This document shows positions 8,030 through 17,271 of a DNA stretch of 59,828 nt, in pieces; the first letter of the stretch is position 1, and every line of letters starts with the position of its first letter. The stretch is from an uncultured bacterium (GTDB lineage Bacteria > Chlamydiota > Chlamydiia > Chlamydiales > SM23-39): contig CAYWKW010000002.1 of the NCBI GenBank assembly GCA_964458995.1, forward strand, positions 1 to 59,828, read 5' to 3'. Under the pieces are notes generated by a model. It was given only the letters and a program-made list of their open reading frames with translations. It was not told the origin of the DNA and made no database searches. A program made the translations under genes and the position numbers.

Positions 8030-9730
8030 ATGGATTGGTTGCAGTTAGGAATCTTCCTTGCCGTTGTGATCCTTCTAACGAAGCCTTTGGGAATTTTCAT
8101 TGGCCAAGTCCTCGATCCTAAAGAAAAAACTTTCCTCGATCCCATCTTAAAACCGGTTGAAAATCGCTTCTATCGATGGTGCGGCATCGACCCTTTTGTG
8201 GAACAAAATTGGAAAGACTACTTGATCTCTTTGTTAGGATTTAGTTTTATTTCAGTGGTTTTTGTTATAATTCTTTTGTCGTTTCAGTATTATCTGCCCC
8301 TCAATCCTCAAAAATTTGCAGCCCCCGCATGGCATTTGAATCTGAATACGGCAGTGAGCTTTATGACCAATACCAACTGGCAGAGCTATGGCGGTGAGTC
8401 GACCCTCTCCTATTTTTCTCAAATGGCCGCTTTGGCTGTACAGAATTTTGTTTCGGCCGCTGTTGGGCTTGCTGCCGCTGCCACATTGGTTAGGGGACTT
8501 TCCCGCAGCAAGGGATCGACTGTGGGCCATTTTTGGGCCGATTTAGTGAGGATTTGCCTCTATCTGCTCTTGCCGATTTGCATTGTGAGCGCTACCTTTT
8601 TTATGGCTTCCGGCGTGCCTCAAAATTTTAAGGACTATGTGCAGGCGCAGACGTTAGAAGGGGGCGCACAAACGATTGCTCAAGGCCCCATCGCCTCTCA
8701 GCAAGCGATTAAGTTGTTGGGAACCAATGGGGGCGGTTTTACCAATGTCAATTCGGCCCACCCTTATGAAAATCCAACCCCGCTTTCGAATTTCCTGCAG
8801 ATTCTTTTGATCTTTATCATTCCCGCAGCCCAAATTTACTACTTTGGAAGAGCGGTCAAAGATGCGAAGCACGGCTGGTGCATCATCGCCAGCTTGCTTG
8901 TTGTTTTTGTGGTTGGCGTATGGGTTTGCGCGCTTTGTGAAACGGTAGGCAATCATGCATATAAAGAAATGGAGCTAACGGGCGGCAATTGGGAAGGAAA
9001 GGAGCAGCGCTTTGGCATTTTTGGATCGGCTCTTTACGCGGCTGTGACGACCTCGACTTCGTGCGGCGCCGTCAATTGCATGCACGATTCATTTACCCCC
9101 ATTGGGGGCCTCGTTCCCATGCTCAATATACAGCTCAGCGAAGTGATTTTTGGAGGCGTAGGAGCCGGGCTCTTTAGCGTATTGCTCTTTGTTTTCCTGG
9201 CTATCTTTATTTCTGGATTGATCATTGGCCGCACGCCCGAGTATTTGGGGAAAAAGATCGAATCGTACGACATGAAAATGGTGATGTTAGCCGTCCTTCC
9301 GTTTGTGCTTGTGGTTCATGCATTCACCTCATTGGGTTGTTTTACCGAATGGGGATTGAAGGGGCTTGGCAATTCGGGAGCTCACGGCTTCAGTGAAATT
9401 CTCTACGCCTACAGTTCTTGTACAGCCAACAATGGGAGCGCATTTGCAGGCCTTACGGCCAGTACTGTTGGATACGATTTGACCTTAGCCGCTGCGATGT
9501 TATGCGGAAGATTTTTAGTATTGGCTCCCGTGGTGGCTTTAGCGGGATCTTTAGTGGAGAAAAAAATCAATCCCAAGAGCGCCGGTTCCTTTCCCGTATC
9601 GAGTTTGGTTTTTATTTCCCTGCTTGTGGGAGTCATCCTTCTTCTCGGAGCGCTCACATTTTTGCCCGCCCTAACTATGGGACCCATCATCGAGCAATTT
9701 GATATGCTCAAAGGAATCTTCTCCTCATGA
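8030..9730 (+). CDS. kdpA: Potassium-transporting ATPase subunit A
   Basis: 566-aa polytopic protein. The 'NTNWQSYGGE' and 'LGTNGGGF' selectivity-filter-like motifs and the position before kdpB support the call. Confidence 0.95.
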   Translation: MDWLQLGIFLAVVILLTKPLGIFIGQVLDPKEKTFLDPILKPVENRFYRWCGIDPFVEQNWKDYLISLLGFSFISVVFVIILLSFQYYLPLNPQKFAAPAWHLNLNTAVSFMTNTNWQSYGGESTLSYFSQMAALAVQNFVSAAVGLAAAATLVRGLSRSKGSTVGHFWADLVRICLYLLLPICIVSATFFMASGVPQNFKDYVQAQTLEGGAQTIAQGPIASQQAIKLLGTNGGGFTNVNSAHPYENPTPLSNFLQILLIFIIPAAQIYYFGRAVKDAKHGWCIIASLLVVFVVGVWVCALCETVGNHAYKEMELTGGNWEGKEQRFGIFGSALYAAVTTSTSCGAVNCMHDSFTPIGGLVPMLNIQLSEVIFGGVGAGLFSVLLFVFLAIFISGLIIGRTPEYLGKKIESYDMKMVMLAVLPFVLVVHAFTSLGCFTEWGLKGLGNSGAHGFSEILYAYSSCTANNGSAFAGLTASTVGYDLTLAAAMLCGRFLVLAPVVALAGSLVEKKINPKSAGSFPVSSLVFISLLVGVILLLGALTFLPALTMGPIIEQFDMLKGIFSS

Positions 9731-11700
9731 ACGCCCTCCTCGAATCTCTGAAAAAATTGAATCCCCTCTCCCTGATCGGAAATCCCGTCATGTTCATTAC
9801 CGAAATCGGAGCCATTATCACGACGATCGAATGGATCTTTTTATCAAAAGAGAATCCCGCTTTTTATGCCCAGGTCTCCATTTGGCTATGGTTGACCGTC
9901 CTTTTTGCCAATTTTGCCGAAGCCGTTGCCGAGACCAAAAACCGGCGCCAGGCGGAATCGCTTCGCAGGGGACGGGTCGATACAATGGCCTATGTCAAAA
10001 AGGGCGACGGCCATTTTCATACAGTGAGCTGGAAAGAATTGAAAAAAGGGGATATTGTGCGCGTTTCTGCCGGGGAAATCGTTCCAGGCGATGGAGAAGT
10101 GATTGAAGGGATGGCCTCCGTCGATGAATCGGCAGTGACCGGTGAATCGGCTCCTGTCATTCGCGCGGCAGGCACCGATCATAGTTCTGTAACGGGCGGC
10201 ACCAAGCTCGTCTCTGATCAAATCTTAATCAAAATCTCTGCTGAGCCGGGCCACAGCTTTCTCGATCGGATGATCACCCTCATCGAAAGCGCCAAGCGAA
10301 AAAAATCGGCCAATGAAATTGCCTTGACGATTCTCCTCTCAGGACTCACTTTTATCTTCTTAGCAGTTGTTGTCGCGATGGAGATCTTTGGCAAATATTT
10401 TAAAGTCGATTTTTCCGTCACCATGCTGGTCGCTCTTCTGATTTGTCTCATTCCAACAACCATAGCGGGCCTTTTAAGCGCGATCGGCATTGCAGGCATC
10501 AATCGCCTCATGAAAAAACACGTCCTCGCCATGAGCGGACAAGCCGTTGAATCTGCTGGCGATATCGACGTGCTCCTCATCGACAAAACGGGAACTATTA
10601 CCATCGGCCACCGTAGAGCCGCCGAAATGACTCTCGCCCCAAAAGCCTCCATCCACGATCTTGTAAAAGCGGCCCTCATCACTTCCCTCGAAGACAAAAC
10701 CGACGAAGGGCGCAGCATCGTTGAATTTTTAAGAGAGCGCCACAAAGAACACTTGCCAGCCCATGTGCACGATTTTAAATTCATCCCATTTTCAGCGGAA
10801 ACCCGCATGAGCGGCGCCGACATAGGCCCTGAAAAGTATCGCAAAGGCTCCATCGATGCCGTAGTCAAATTTACCGGTCAGCCGCTCCCTTATGAAATCG
10901 CCAACGCCGCCAAAGCCTACTCGGAGCGCGGCGGGACGCCCCTCATCGTCTGCGACCACAAGCAAGTTTTGGGGGTAATTCTGCTCAAAGACGTTGTGAA
11001 AAAAGGGCTTTCCGAGCTCTTCGCCCGTTTTCGAAAAATGGGGATCCGCTCCGTTATGGTCACTGGGGACAATCCCATCACTGCCGGTACTATTGCTAAA
11101 GAAGCTGGCGTAGATGAATTTCTCGCTGAAGTGACACCTGAACACAAGTTGCAAACGGTCCAAAAATTTCAAAGGGAAGGATACATGGTCGCCATGACGG
11201 GAGACGGCGTCAATGACGCTCCGGCCCTGGCCCACGCCAATGTAGGCGTTGCCATGAATTCGGGCACTCAAGCCGCCAAAGAGGCAGGCAATATGATCGA
11301 CCTCGACTCCCATCCTGAGAAGCTCTTTCAAATCATTGAGATCGGCAAACAAATGCTCATGACCCGCGGCGCCCTCACCACTTTTTCCATTGCCAACGAC
11401 GTAGCCAAATACTTTGCCATCATCCCCGCCATTCTCATCCCCTTTTTCCCAGCCATCAAAGCCCTCAACCTCATGTCCCTCGACAGCCCGCAGAGCGCCG
11501 TTTTAAGCGCCGTTATTTTCAACGCTCTCATCATTCCCGCCCTCATTCCCCTCGCATTTCGCGGCGTGAAGATGATCACCGATCGCGCTCAAATCATCTT
11601 GCGCCGCAACCTACTCATCTATGGAGTTGGCGGCATAATCCTGCCCTTTGTTGGCATCAAGCTCATCGACCTAGCCATCACGAATTTTGGACTCATATGA
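9727..11700 (+). CDS. kdpB: Potassium-transporting P-type ATPase subunit B
   Basis: 'DKTGTIT' phosphorylation site, 'TGDN', 'GDGVNDAPALA' hinge. The start overlaps the kdpA stop. Confidence 0.95.
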   Translation: MNALLESLKKLNPLSLIGNPVMFITEIGAIITTIEWIFLSKENPAFYAQVSIWLWLTVLFANFAEAVAETKNRRQAESLRRGRVDTMAYVKKGDGHFHTVSWKELKKGDIVRVSAGEIVPGDGEVIEGMASVDESAVTGESAPVIRAAGTDHSSVTGGTKLVSDQILIKISAEPGHSFLDRMITLIESAKRKKSANEIALTILLSGLTFIFLAVVVAMEIFGKYFKVDFSVTMLVALLICLIPTTIAGLLSAIGIAGINRLMKKHVLAMSGQAVESAGDIDVLLIDKTGTITIGHRRAAEMTLAPKASIHDLVKAALITSLEDKTDEGRSIVEFLRERHKEHLPAHVHDFKFIPFSAETRMSGADIGPEKYRKGSIDAVVKFTGQPLPYEIANAAKAYSERGGTPLIVCDHKQVLGVILLKDVVKKGLSELFARFRKMGIRSVMVTGDNPITAGTIAKEAGVDEFLAEVTPEHKLQTVQKFQREGYMVAMTGDGVNDAPALAHANVGVAMNSGTQAAKEAGNMIDLDSHPEKLFQIIEIGKQMLMTRGALTTFSIANDVAKYFAIIPAILIPFFPAIKALNLMSLDSPQSAVLSAVIFNALIIPALIPLAFRGVKMITDRAQIILRRNLLIYGVGGIILPFVGIKLIDLAITNFGLI

Positions 11701-12284
11701 AAACACTGAAAACATCAGCCATCCTCCTTACCCTTCTGACGATCCTACTCGGCATTATCTATCCCTACTTCATGTGGGGCATTGGGCAAGTATTCTTCCA
11801 CAAACACGCCAACGGGACCCTCTTTTTTTACAAAGACAAAAAAGTTCTCGGATCGGAGTGGATTGCGCAAAACTTCACCCAGGACGAATACTTTCACCCC
11901 CGTCCCTCTTCTGCCGGCGATAAAGGCTATGACGCCTCCAATTCTTCGGGGAGCAACCTCGGCCCCACCTCCCAAAAGCTCATTGACACTCTGAAAAGCC
12001 GTTCCTCCGACTATCGCGCCGCCAACCAACTCTCTCCCACCGCCCCCATTCCTGCCGATGCCATTACGACCTCTGGCAGCGGCCTTGACCCCCACATCAG
12101 CCCCGAAAACGCCCTTCTTCAAGCGCCCCGCATCTCCGCCGCCCGCAATCTCCCTCTCGACCAACTCAGTCAGCTCATCGACGCCTTTACCGAAGGGCGC
12201 ACGCTTGCCATTTTTGGAGAGAAGCGGATCAATGTACTCCGCATCAATCTCGAACTTGACAAACTCGCGGCCCAGGAAAAATGA
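11697..12284 (+). CDS. kdpC: Potassium-transporting ATPase subunit C
   Basis: N-terminal TM anchor, 'SGSNLGPTS' and 'SGSGLDPHISP' motifs. It overlaps the kdpB stop. Confidence 0.92.
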   Translation: MKTLKTSAILLTLLTILLGIIYPYFMWGIGQVFFHKHANGTLFFYKDKKVLGSEWIAQNFTQDEYFHPRPSSAGDKGYDASNSSGSNLGPTSQKLIDTLKSRSSDYRAANQLSPTAPIPADAITTSGSGLDPHISPENALLQAPRISAARNLPLDQLSQLIDAFTEGRTLAIFGEKRINVLRINLELDKLAAQEK

Positions 12285-13324
12285 TGAAGAAACTTTTTTG
12301 CGCGCTTCTTCTGTCGATTTCTTGCTTAGCTCAAGAAGAGGAGATTGAGAAAGATGCAAAGAAAACGCAGCCCTACATGCCTCCCGAACCGCCACCCCTG
12401 CAGCCAGTCGCTGCGCCTACACCTTCTGGACCGCCAGCACCCTGGCTTACCGGAACGCTTATTGCTCCAACGGGAACTGTTGTTGGCTATGGATCTTTCA
12501 ACATTGAAACCTACATCTATTTCACAACAAATGTTGGCGCCTACAATAAAGATTGGGAAACCGTATCTGCGGAAGAGAACTTTTACAGTCTCAATCCTCA
12601 AATCATCGCCTATTTTGGTCTCACTCCCTGGTGTGATATTAACCTCATACCGCAATGTTTTTACAACACCAAATCAAACCAGCACTCATTTCACTTTGGC
12701 GATTTTACTGTAGGATTGGACTTTCAGCTACTTGATGCGGGGTACACGCCTTACTTTCCCGGCATTAAATTTGCCATTCGTGAAATCTTCCCCACTGGCC
12801 ATTTTGAGCGTCTCAATCCGACAAAGCTTCTCACCGATCAAACGGGAGCTGGCGCCTTTGCCACCCAATTTGATCTTCAAATCTACAAAGAGTACCACAT
12901 CTATTGTGACCATTGGCTCAGCCTAAATATGGGAGCTCAATACACCGTCAACACCCCGGTCCACGTCCATGGTTTTAACTCCTATGGCGGAGGATTTGGA
13001 GCCGATGGGCGCGCCCTGCCTGGCAATATTCTCCAACTCTTTGCCAGTTTTGAATATTCCCTCACTAAAAACTGGGCGCTTGCCATTGATAACGTTTATC
13101 TTCACACGGAAGCCACCCAATTTTGCGGTTTTCCTGGCTTTTCCTCTCCTGGCGTTCTCGCCACCGTTGGCGAGCCCTCATCCGAGCAGCTCAGCTTTGC
13201 TCCTGCCATCGAATACAATTTTAGCAGTGACTTTGGGATTATTGCCGGCTGTTGGTTTACGGCCCTTGGGCGCAATAGCACTGAATTCCGCAGTGCGGTC
13301 ATTGAATTTGATTATACGTATTGA
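12281..13324 (+). CDS. Putative beta-barrel outer-membrane protein or porin, translationally coupled to kdpC
   Basis: Signal peptide 'MMKKLFCALLLSISCLAQ', a Pro-rich linker, then alternating aromatic/polar beta-strand pattern. The C-terminus '..VIEFDYTY' ends with an aromatic residue, like OMP sorting signals. Confidence 0.6.
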   Translation: MMKKLFCALLLSISCLAQEEEIEKDAKKTQPYMPPEPPPLQPVAAPTPSGPPAPWLTGTLIAPTGTVVGYGSFNIETYIYFTTNVGAYNKDWETVSAEENFYSLNPQIIAYFGLTPWCDINLIPQCFYNTKSNQHSFHFGDFTVGLDFQLLDAGYTPYFPGIKFAIREIFPTGHFERLNPTKLLTDQTGAGAFATQFDLQIYKEYHIYCDHWLSLNMGAQYTVNTPVHVHGFNSYGGGFGADGRALPGNILQLFASFEYSLTKNWALAIDNVYLHTEATQFCGFPGFSSPGVLATVGEPSSEQLSFAPAIEYNFSSDFGIIAGCWFTALGRNSTEFRSAVIEFDYTY

Positions 13325-13359
13325 GTAAAAAATAGCACCTGGCTTAATCTATCCCATCC

Positions 13360-13432
13360 GCCTAAATAGCTCAGCTGGTAGAGCAGCGCATTCGTAATGC
13401 GAAGGTCGTCGGTTCAAGTCCGGCTTTGGGCA
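13360..13432 (+). tRNA. tRNA-Thr (anticodon CGU)
   Basis: It was folded by eye. The acceptor 'gcctaaa'/'tttgggc' pairs (one G-U). The D arm is 'gctc..gagc'. The anticodon arm has the loop 'ttCGTaa'. The T arm is 'gtcgg-ttcaagt-ccggc' and the discriminator is A. No CCA is encoded. Confidence 0.9.
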
Positions 13433-13480
13433 AATGCATTATTTGACCCTGGGCTTGAATTGAGGGCGATGTTTTTTCGT

Positions 13481-13508
13481 TTGATAATAATGGGTTTAAG
13501 ATTAAAGG
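13481..13508. repeat. Copy 1 of a 28-bp direct repeat 'ttgatRataatgggtttaagattaaagg'
   Basis: It is identical to 14560-14587 except for one position (A/G). It lies 13 nt beyond the stop of the minus-strand gene 13521-14534. Confidence 0.9.
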
Positions 13509-13520
13509 AGCGTGCACTAC

Positions 13521-14534
13521 TCACGGTGATAGGGGCCTTTTCCCATACCTTCTCCCTCTTTCTTGTCCTGCCGGGGCCGGAGCTGGTTGCGGAGGTGATT
13601 CCGGTGAACGCTGCAGATTTTCGAGAAGAGATTGTTCTTTTGCGGCCTCTAGCGCTTCCTTATAACTCTTATAAGTCTGCCCATTATCCAGAATCGTCCG
13701 TGGTGGTCTACCAAACGGATCTGCCATTGCCCCCTCACTCGATTCCGTTCCATTACCTACTCCCGCCGCCGCTGAGGGTAGCCTCTGAGAAGGTTCCGTC
13801 CAATGGCTACCAGCTGCAGTGAGAGAGTTGAGTAGTGCTTGCTTCAGCTGCTTCTCTTCTTGTAATCTAGAAGATAAAGACGATCCTCCCTCTCGACTCG
13901 GTCCTGCTTTACCACCTGAATCATCTCCCGTAGGAATAGGATCGAAATCTTCTTCATCATCGTCACTCCGCAGCAAATCGCCAACTACGTCCTCCTCCTC
14001 CTCCTCCTCCTCCCCCCCAGGTCTCTGAAAATTCGGAGTTAAAGGAGGGATAGTAGTATATTGCAAAGCTGCCAAAGCTTCTTTAGGATGGTACTTCGCT
14101 TCTCTTGCTACAAATAGAAGATAAACAGCTAGGAAAGAGGCACCAAGATCTTGTACACGATGTGCCAATTCCTGGATCGACGACCGCCCCTCAACTAGTT
14201 GACTATGCAAGTGGTTATAAGCCGCCTGTATAGGGCTCCATTGCTTTTGCATCTCCTCCTGGAGTAGATCGGGTATAGTAAGTCCCTTCAGCTCTGTAGA
14301 AACAGTTGCGAAATGCTTTGAACAGTCCATGAAAATCATGGTTGCTTTGCCCCCATATGTTAATCCGTCCTTTCGTAACCTATTCCAAGAGACAGATCCT
14401 GGGCGATCCCCCCAAGGGACATTCTGATAGATGTCTCCCATCAATCCTTGCGCGGGTCGGGGATCAAGTGCGACAAGAATACTCGTTATGGCGCTTTTTA
14501 ATGTTTCAGTAATAACTGAAGGTACGGTCGCCAT
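13521..14534 (-). CDS. Orphan protein with an acidic low-complexity centre (E7 run, D/E-rich) and a Pro-rich C-terminus; effector-like
   Basis: 337-aa ORF with no recognisable enzymatic motif. It contains 'GGEEEEEEEDVVGDLLRSDDDEEDFDP' and ends in 'PESPPQPAPAPAGQ'. Confidence 0.55.
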   Translation of the reverse strand: MATVPSVITETLKSAITSILVALDPRPAQGLMGDIYQNVPWGDRPGSVSWNRLRKDGLTYGGKATMIFMDCSKHFATVSTELKGLTIPDLLQEEMQKQWSPIQAAYNHLHSQLVEGRSSIQELAHRVQDLGASFLAVYLLFVAREAKYHPKEALAALQYTTIPPLTPNFQRPGGEEEEEEEDVVGDLLRSDDDEEDFDPIPTGDDSGGKAGPSREGGSSLSSRLQEEKQLKQALLNSLTAAGSHWTEPSQRLPSAAAGVGNGTESSEGAMADPFGRPPRTILDNGQTYKSYKEALEAAKEQSLLENLQRSPESPPQPAPAPAGQERGRRYGKRPLSP

Positions 14535-14559
14535 AGATTACCTATTTTTAATATGTGTG

Positions 14560-14587
14560 TTGATGATAATGGGTTTAAGATTAAAGG
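14560..14587. repeat. Copy 2 of the 28-bp direct repeat
   Basis: 'ttgatgataatgggtttaagattaaagg' lies 34 nt beyond the stop of the minus-strand gene 14621-16153. Confidence 0.9.
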
Positions 14588-14620
14588 TCACTTTATACCG
14601 ATTCTTCAAGTATTTTCGGT

Positions 14621-16153
14621 CTAAAGAGTTGCGACCATTCGATTCAATGCCTGGACTTCCCGATCTTGCTGATATCCTTTGGGAAGGAGTAATTTTCTGC
14701 AAGTTCTGAAAAACGAGAGGGCATTCACTCCAACAGATGCGGCCACTTCAGGCATTGCAAAAGAGGAAGGTGCGAAACGAACCAGAGAGGAGACTCCCAA
14801 AGTCGTGCCTATGCTTGCGGCTGCGCTGATCCCTTTTGCAAGGAGACTATAGCACTTTTTGGCCCCGGTCACGACCAACATTTTCCCAATGCCGATTTGT
14901 GAAGTGGTTGTTCCCGCTTCCAAAGTAGGCGTTTTAGCGCTGCCAAAGATCTTTTCAGATACAAGCTCGCCTAATTTGACAGCCCCAGCTCCAAGCCCGA
15001 AAAAGATACCGCTAATGGCCGCTGATTTGATGACATCCATTGGTTTTGTTTTCTTCGGTTTTTGCAAGCTCCTCAGCTCTTCAATGGCTTTGTCAACTTT
15101 CTCATTGTCGCCCAGGTGCTTTTTTGCCTTTTCGAGTTCAACAATCGCCTCTTTAAATTGACCATTCAGTCGGAGGAAAACTGCAGCAGCAAGGGGAAGT
15201 TTTGCTGGATGACCTGGTTGTAATGGCGTGTGGACCTTTTCAATAGCTATACGAATAGAATCGCCCTTGTTGTTCTCTTTTTTCAATTTCCATGCCGTGA
15301 TTAAGTTCGTTAGGCAGCTAATTCCTGTGAGCGCTGTAACATAACGGTTTTGGCTTTCTGCGACAGGAGTGATTCCTGCGGCCAGAGGAATAAGGTCGAT
15401 CCCTGCAGCAAGCGCAGTGAGGCCCCCCATAAGCGCAAGAGAACGTTTGAAAGTTAACCCCCGGCCCATCGATTTACCGACTTTGCTCAGCATGTTGGAA
15501 ACGCCCGAAGTGGCGACCAATTTCAAAACCGAATCGCTCGATAATCTGCCCATAAATGCGGCAGCCATGCATATTCCTGTATACAGAGCTCCTAAGGCAA
15601 CTCTTCCGGCTTTAGAGTATTTTTCTGCTGCGAAAGAAGTCTCTTTTACGCCTAGGCCTAGCAAATTCATCGCTGCGAAACCCGTTGCTTTCCCTACAGT
15701 TTGAGGTTCCCCTTTAATGAAAAAAGCAGCGGCATCGGCAAGAGCTGCGGTTCCTACGCTAAGAGCTGCCCATGCCAGACCTTTTAAGGGAACCCGGTTT
15801 AATTGACCATCTTGTCTGTCTTGTTGATAGAGCCCTTTCACGCCTTCAGAAGTTAGGAAATTTAAACAAAGTGTTTGCGCGAGTTCGCCGTACCCCTCGT
15901 CACCGACCTTATTTCCCAATTTATTGCTTGTCGATAAAGCTAGGCACAACTGAGCCATGACAGTGGCGGCAAAAACAGCCCCTTTGCTCATGCGGGAAGC
16001 CCCTAAAGTTTTTTGTTTTATTACAGTTGAGGCGTCGGCCAAATTCCTCCCCAACCACTCAGCATCCCTCATTTCAGATACAGGCGATCCACTCTGTGCG
16101 GGGCTCATTTCTAATTCTAGCTGACTTAATTCACCTGATATAACAATTGCCAT
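14621..16153 (-). CDS. Orphan Gly/Ala-rich multi-pass membrane protein; Inc- or effector-like
   Basis: 510 aa with several long hydrophobic G/A/L stretches ('GLAWAALSVGTAALADAAAFF', 'LMGGLTALAAGIDLIPLAAGI', 'SAAISGIFFGLGAGAV'). A central helical segment reads 'FLRLNGQFKEAIVELEKAKKHLG'. The upstream leader is AT-rich. Confidence 0.6.
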   Translation of the reverse strand: MAIVISGELSQLELEMSPAQSGSPVSEMRDAEWLGRNLADASTVIKQKTLGASRMSKGAVFAATVMAQLCLALSTSNKLGNKVGDEGYGELAQTLCLNFLTSEGVKGLYQQDRQDGQLNRVPLKGLAWAALSVGTAALADAAAFFIKGEPQTVGKATGFAAMNLLGLGVKETSFAAEKYSKAGRVALGALYTGICMAAAFMGRLSSDSVLKLVATSGVSNMLSKVGKSMGRGLTFKRSLALMGGLTALAAGIDLIPLAAGITPVAESQNRYVTALTGISCLTNLITAWKLKKENNKGDSIRIAIEKVHTPLQPGHPAKLPLAAAVFLRLNGQFKEAIVELEKAKKHLGDNEKVDKAIEELRSLQKPKKTKPMDVIKSAAISGIFFGLGAGAVKLGELVSEKIFGSAKTPTLEAGTTTSQIGIGKMLVVTGAKKCYSLLAKGISAAASIGTTLGVSSLVRFAPSSFAMPEVAASVGVNALSFFRTCRKLLLPKGYQQDREVQALNRMVATL

Positions 16154-16293
16154 TATTTAATCCATTTTGTAGTCAATATTAAGCGTTAATTATATCGTTG
16201 TTAGTGATAATAATAAATATTAAAATAAATAGTGGTTGTGTTTAAAATTTTTTACTTGGATAGGTTCAACGGCACGGATGTCCCGAGCCCCCA

Positions 16294-16323
16294 TTGACAC
16301 CTAAGCAAATTTTTTGGTAGGAT
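16294..16323 (+). promoter_or_regulatory. Candidate sigma-70/66-type promoter for the 16348 gene
   Basis: 'ttgaca' (16294-16299), an 18-nt spacer, then 'taggat' (16318-16323). This lies 25 nt upstream of the ATG. Confidence 0.35.
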
Positions 16324-16347
16324 CTGTCCCTTTTTTGGGGGGACCTT

Positions 16348-17271
16348 ATGAATGAAGTATCACCTGCTTGCACATTTTGCATCGATGGCGGCGGATCAAA
16401 AACAGAACTCCAAATCCTTGATGCGGAGGGAAAGGTTGTCAAGAGAGTGGAAGCAGGCCCCTCGAATTTTAGTGTCGTTAAAGTCGAGGGCGTGAGAAGG
16501 GTTTTGTTCTCCCTCTTGGGTGAATATCAAAAGATTTTGCCCAACTGTCGCATTGTAGCCGGGATGGCCGGCGTAGGCCTTCCAGGAAATTTGACAGCAG
16601 TCGCCGCCATCTTTGAAGAATTGGGCGCAAGAAGAGACAATCTCGAGCTCTTAACCGACGGGGGAATGGCTCTGCGTCTTATGAATGGCAATGGAATCGT
16701 TTTAATTTCAGGAACTGGCTCGATCTGTCTTGCAGCAAATGAGGGCGATCGATATCGAGTAGGCGGCCTGGGCCCGATTTTGGGCGATGACGGAAGCGGC
16801 CATCAGATTGCCCTTCGTGCCATAAAAGCAGCAATAGCGCAAGAGTTTGCATATGGCCCTAAAACGAGTTTAACCCCTGCCCTATGCACTTTCTTCGGAG
16901 TTACTGAATTGAAAAACCTTCTTCCTCAAATCAATTCGTCAGAAATAACCGCAGCGAAGATAGCCAGTGCCGCCCCCATCGTCTTTGAAAAAGCGAATGA
17001 AGGGGATCCTGTGGCCAAAGAGATCATTACCCAGGCTGCCGTAGAATTGCGTAAGCTTGTTGCCACTGCTTTAAGGCTTTCCGGTTTGGCCAATTGCCAA
17101 TTGCATCTATGGGGAGGTATATTTAAAGGACGCTATGCTGATGAAATTATCAAAGTAATAAAAAATATAACGGAGTCAAGAAACATCCAGATTGTCAATC
17201 AATCCTCAGAAAATGTAGCCGCGCTCTTTGCTCAAACCTTTAAGAAACAGGATCCTCCATGCAAAAAATAG
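16348..17271 (+). CDS. BadF/BadG/BcrA/BcrD-type ATPase; N-acetylglucosamine kinase-like
   Basis: 'FCIDGGGSKT' phosphate-1 motif, 'LISGTGSIC' and 'GGLGPILGDDGSGHQIALRAI' are typical of this ASKHA sugar-kinase family. Confidence 0.8.
   Translation: MNEVSPACTFCIDGGGSKTELQILDAEGKVVKRVEAGPSNFSVVKVEGVRRVLFSLLGEYQKILPNCRIVAGMAGVGLPGNLTAVAAIFEELGARRDNLELLTDGGMALRLMNGNGIVLISGTGSICLAANEGDRYRVGGLGPILGDDGSGHQIALRAIKAAIAQEFAYGPKTSLTPALCTFFGVTELKNLLPQINSSEITAAKIASAAPIVFEKANEGDPVAKEIITQAAVELRKLVATALRLSGLANCQLHLWGGIFKGRYADEIIKVIKNITESRNIQIVNQSSENVAALFAQTFKKQDPPCKK

Noticed and set aside
10218-12395. Long antisense ORFs (10218-10868, 10792-11352 and 11745-12395, up to 216 aa) opposite kdpB and kdpC
   Set aside because: kdpB and kdpC are unambiguous. 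The antisense frames are open only because of codon bias.
16255-16295. Possible duplicated tRNA-Thr 3' end (att site) that would bound an island starting at the tRNA
   Set aside because: Only 'ggttcaa' is shared with the tRNA T-arm. This is too short to support an att repeat.
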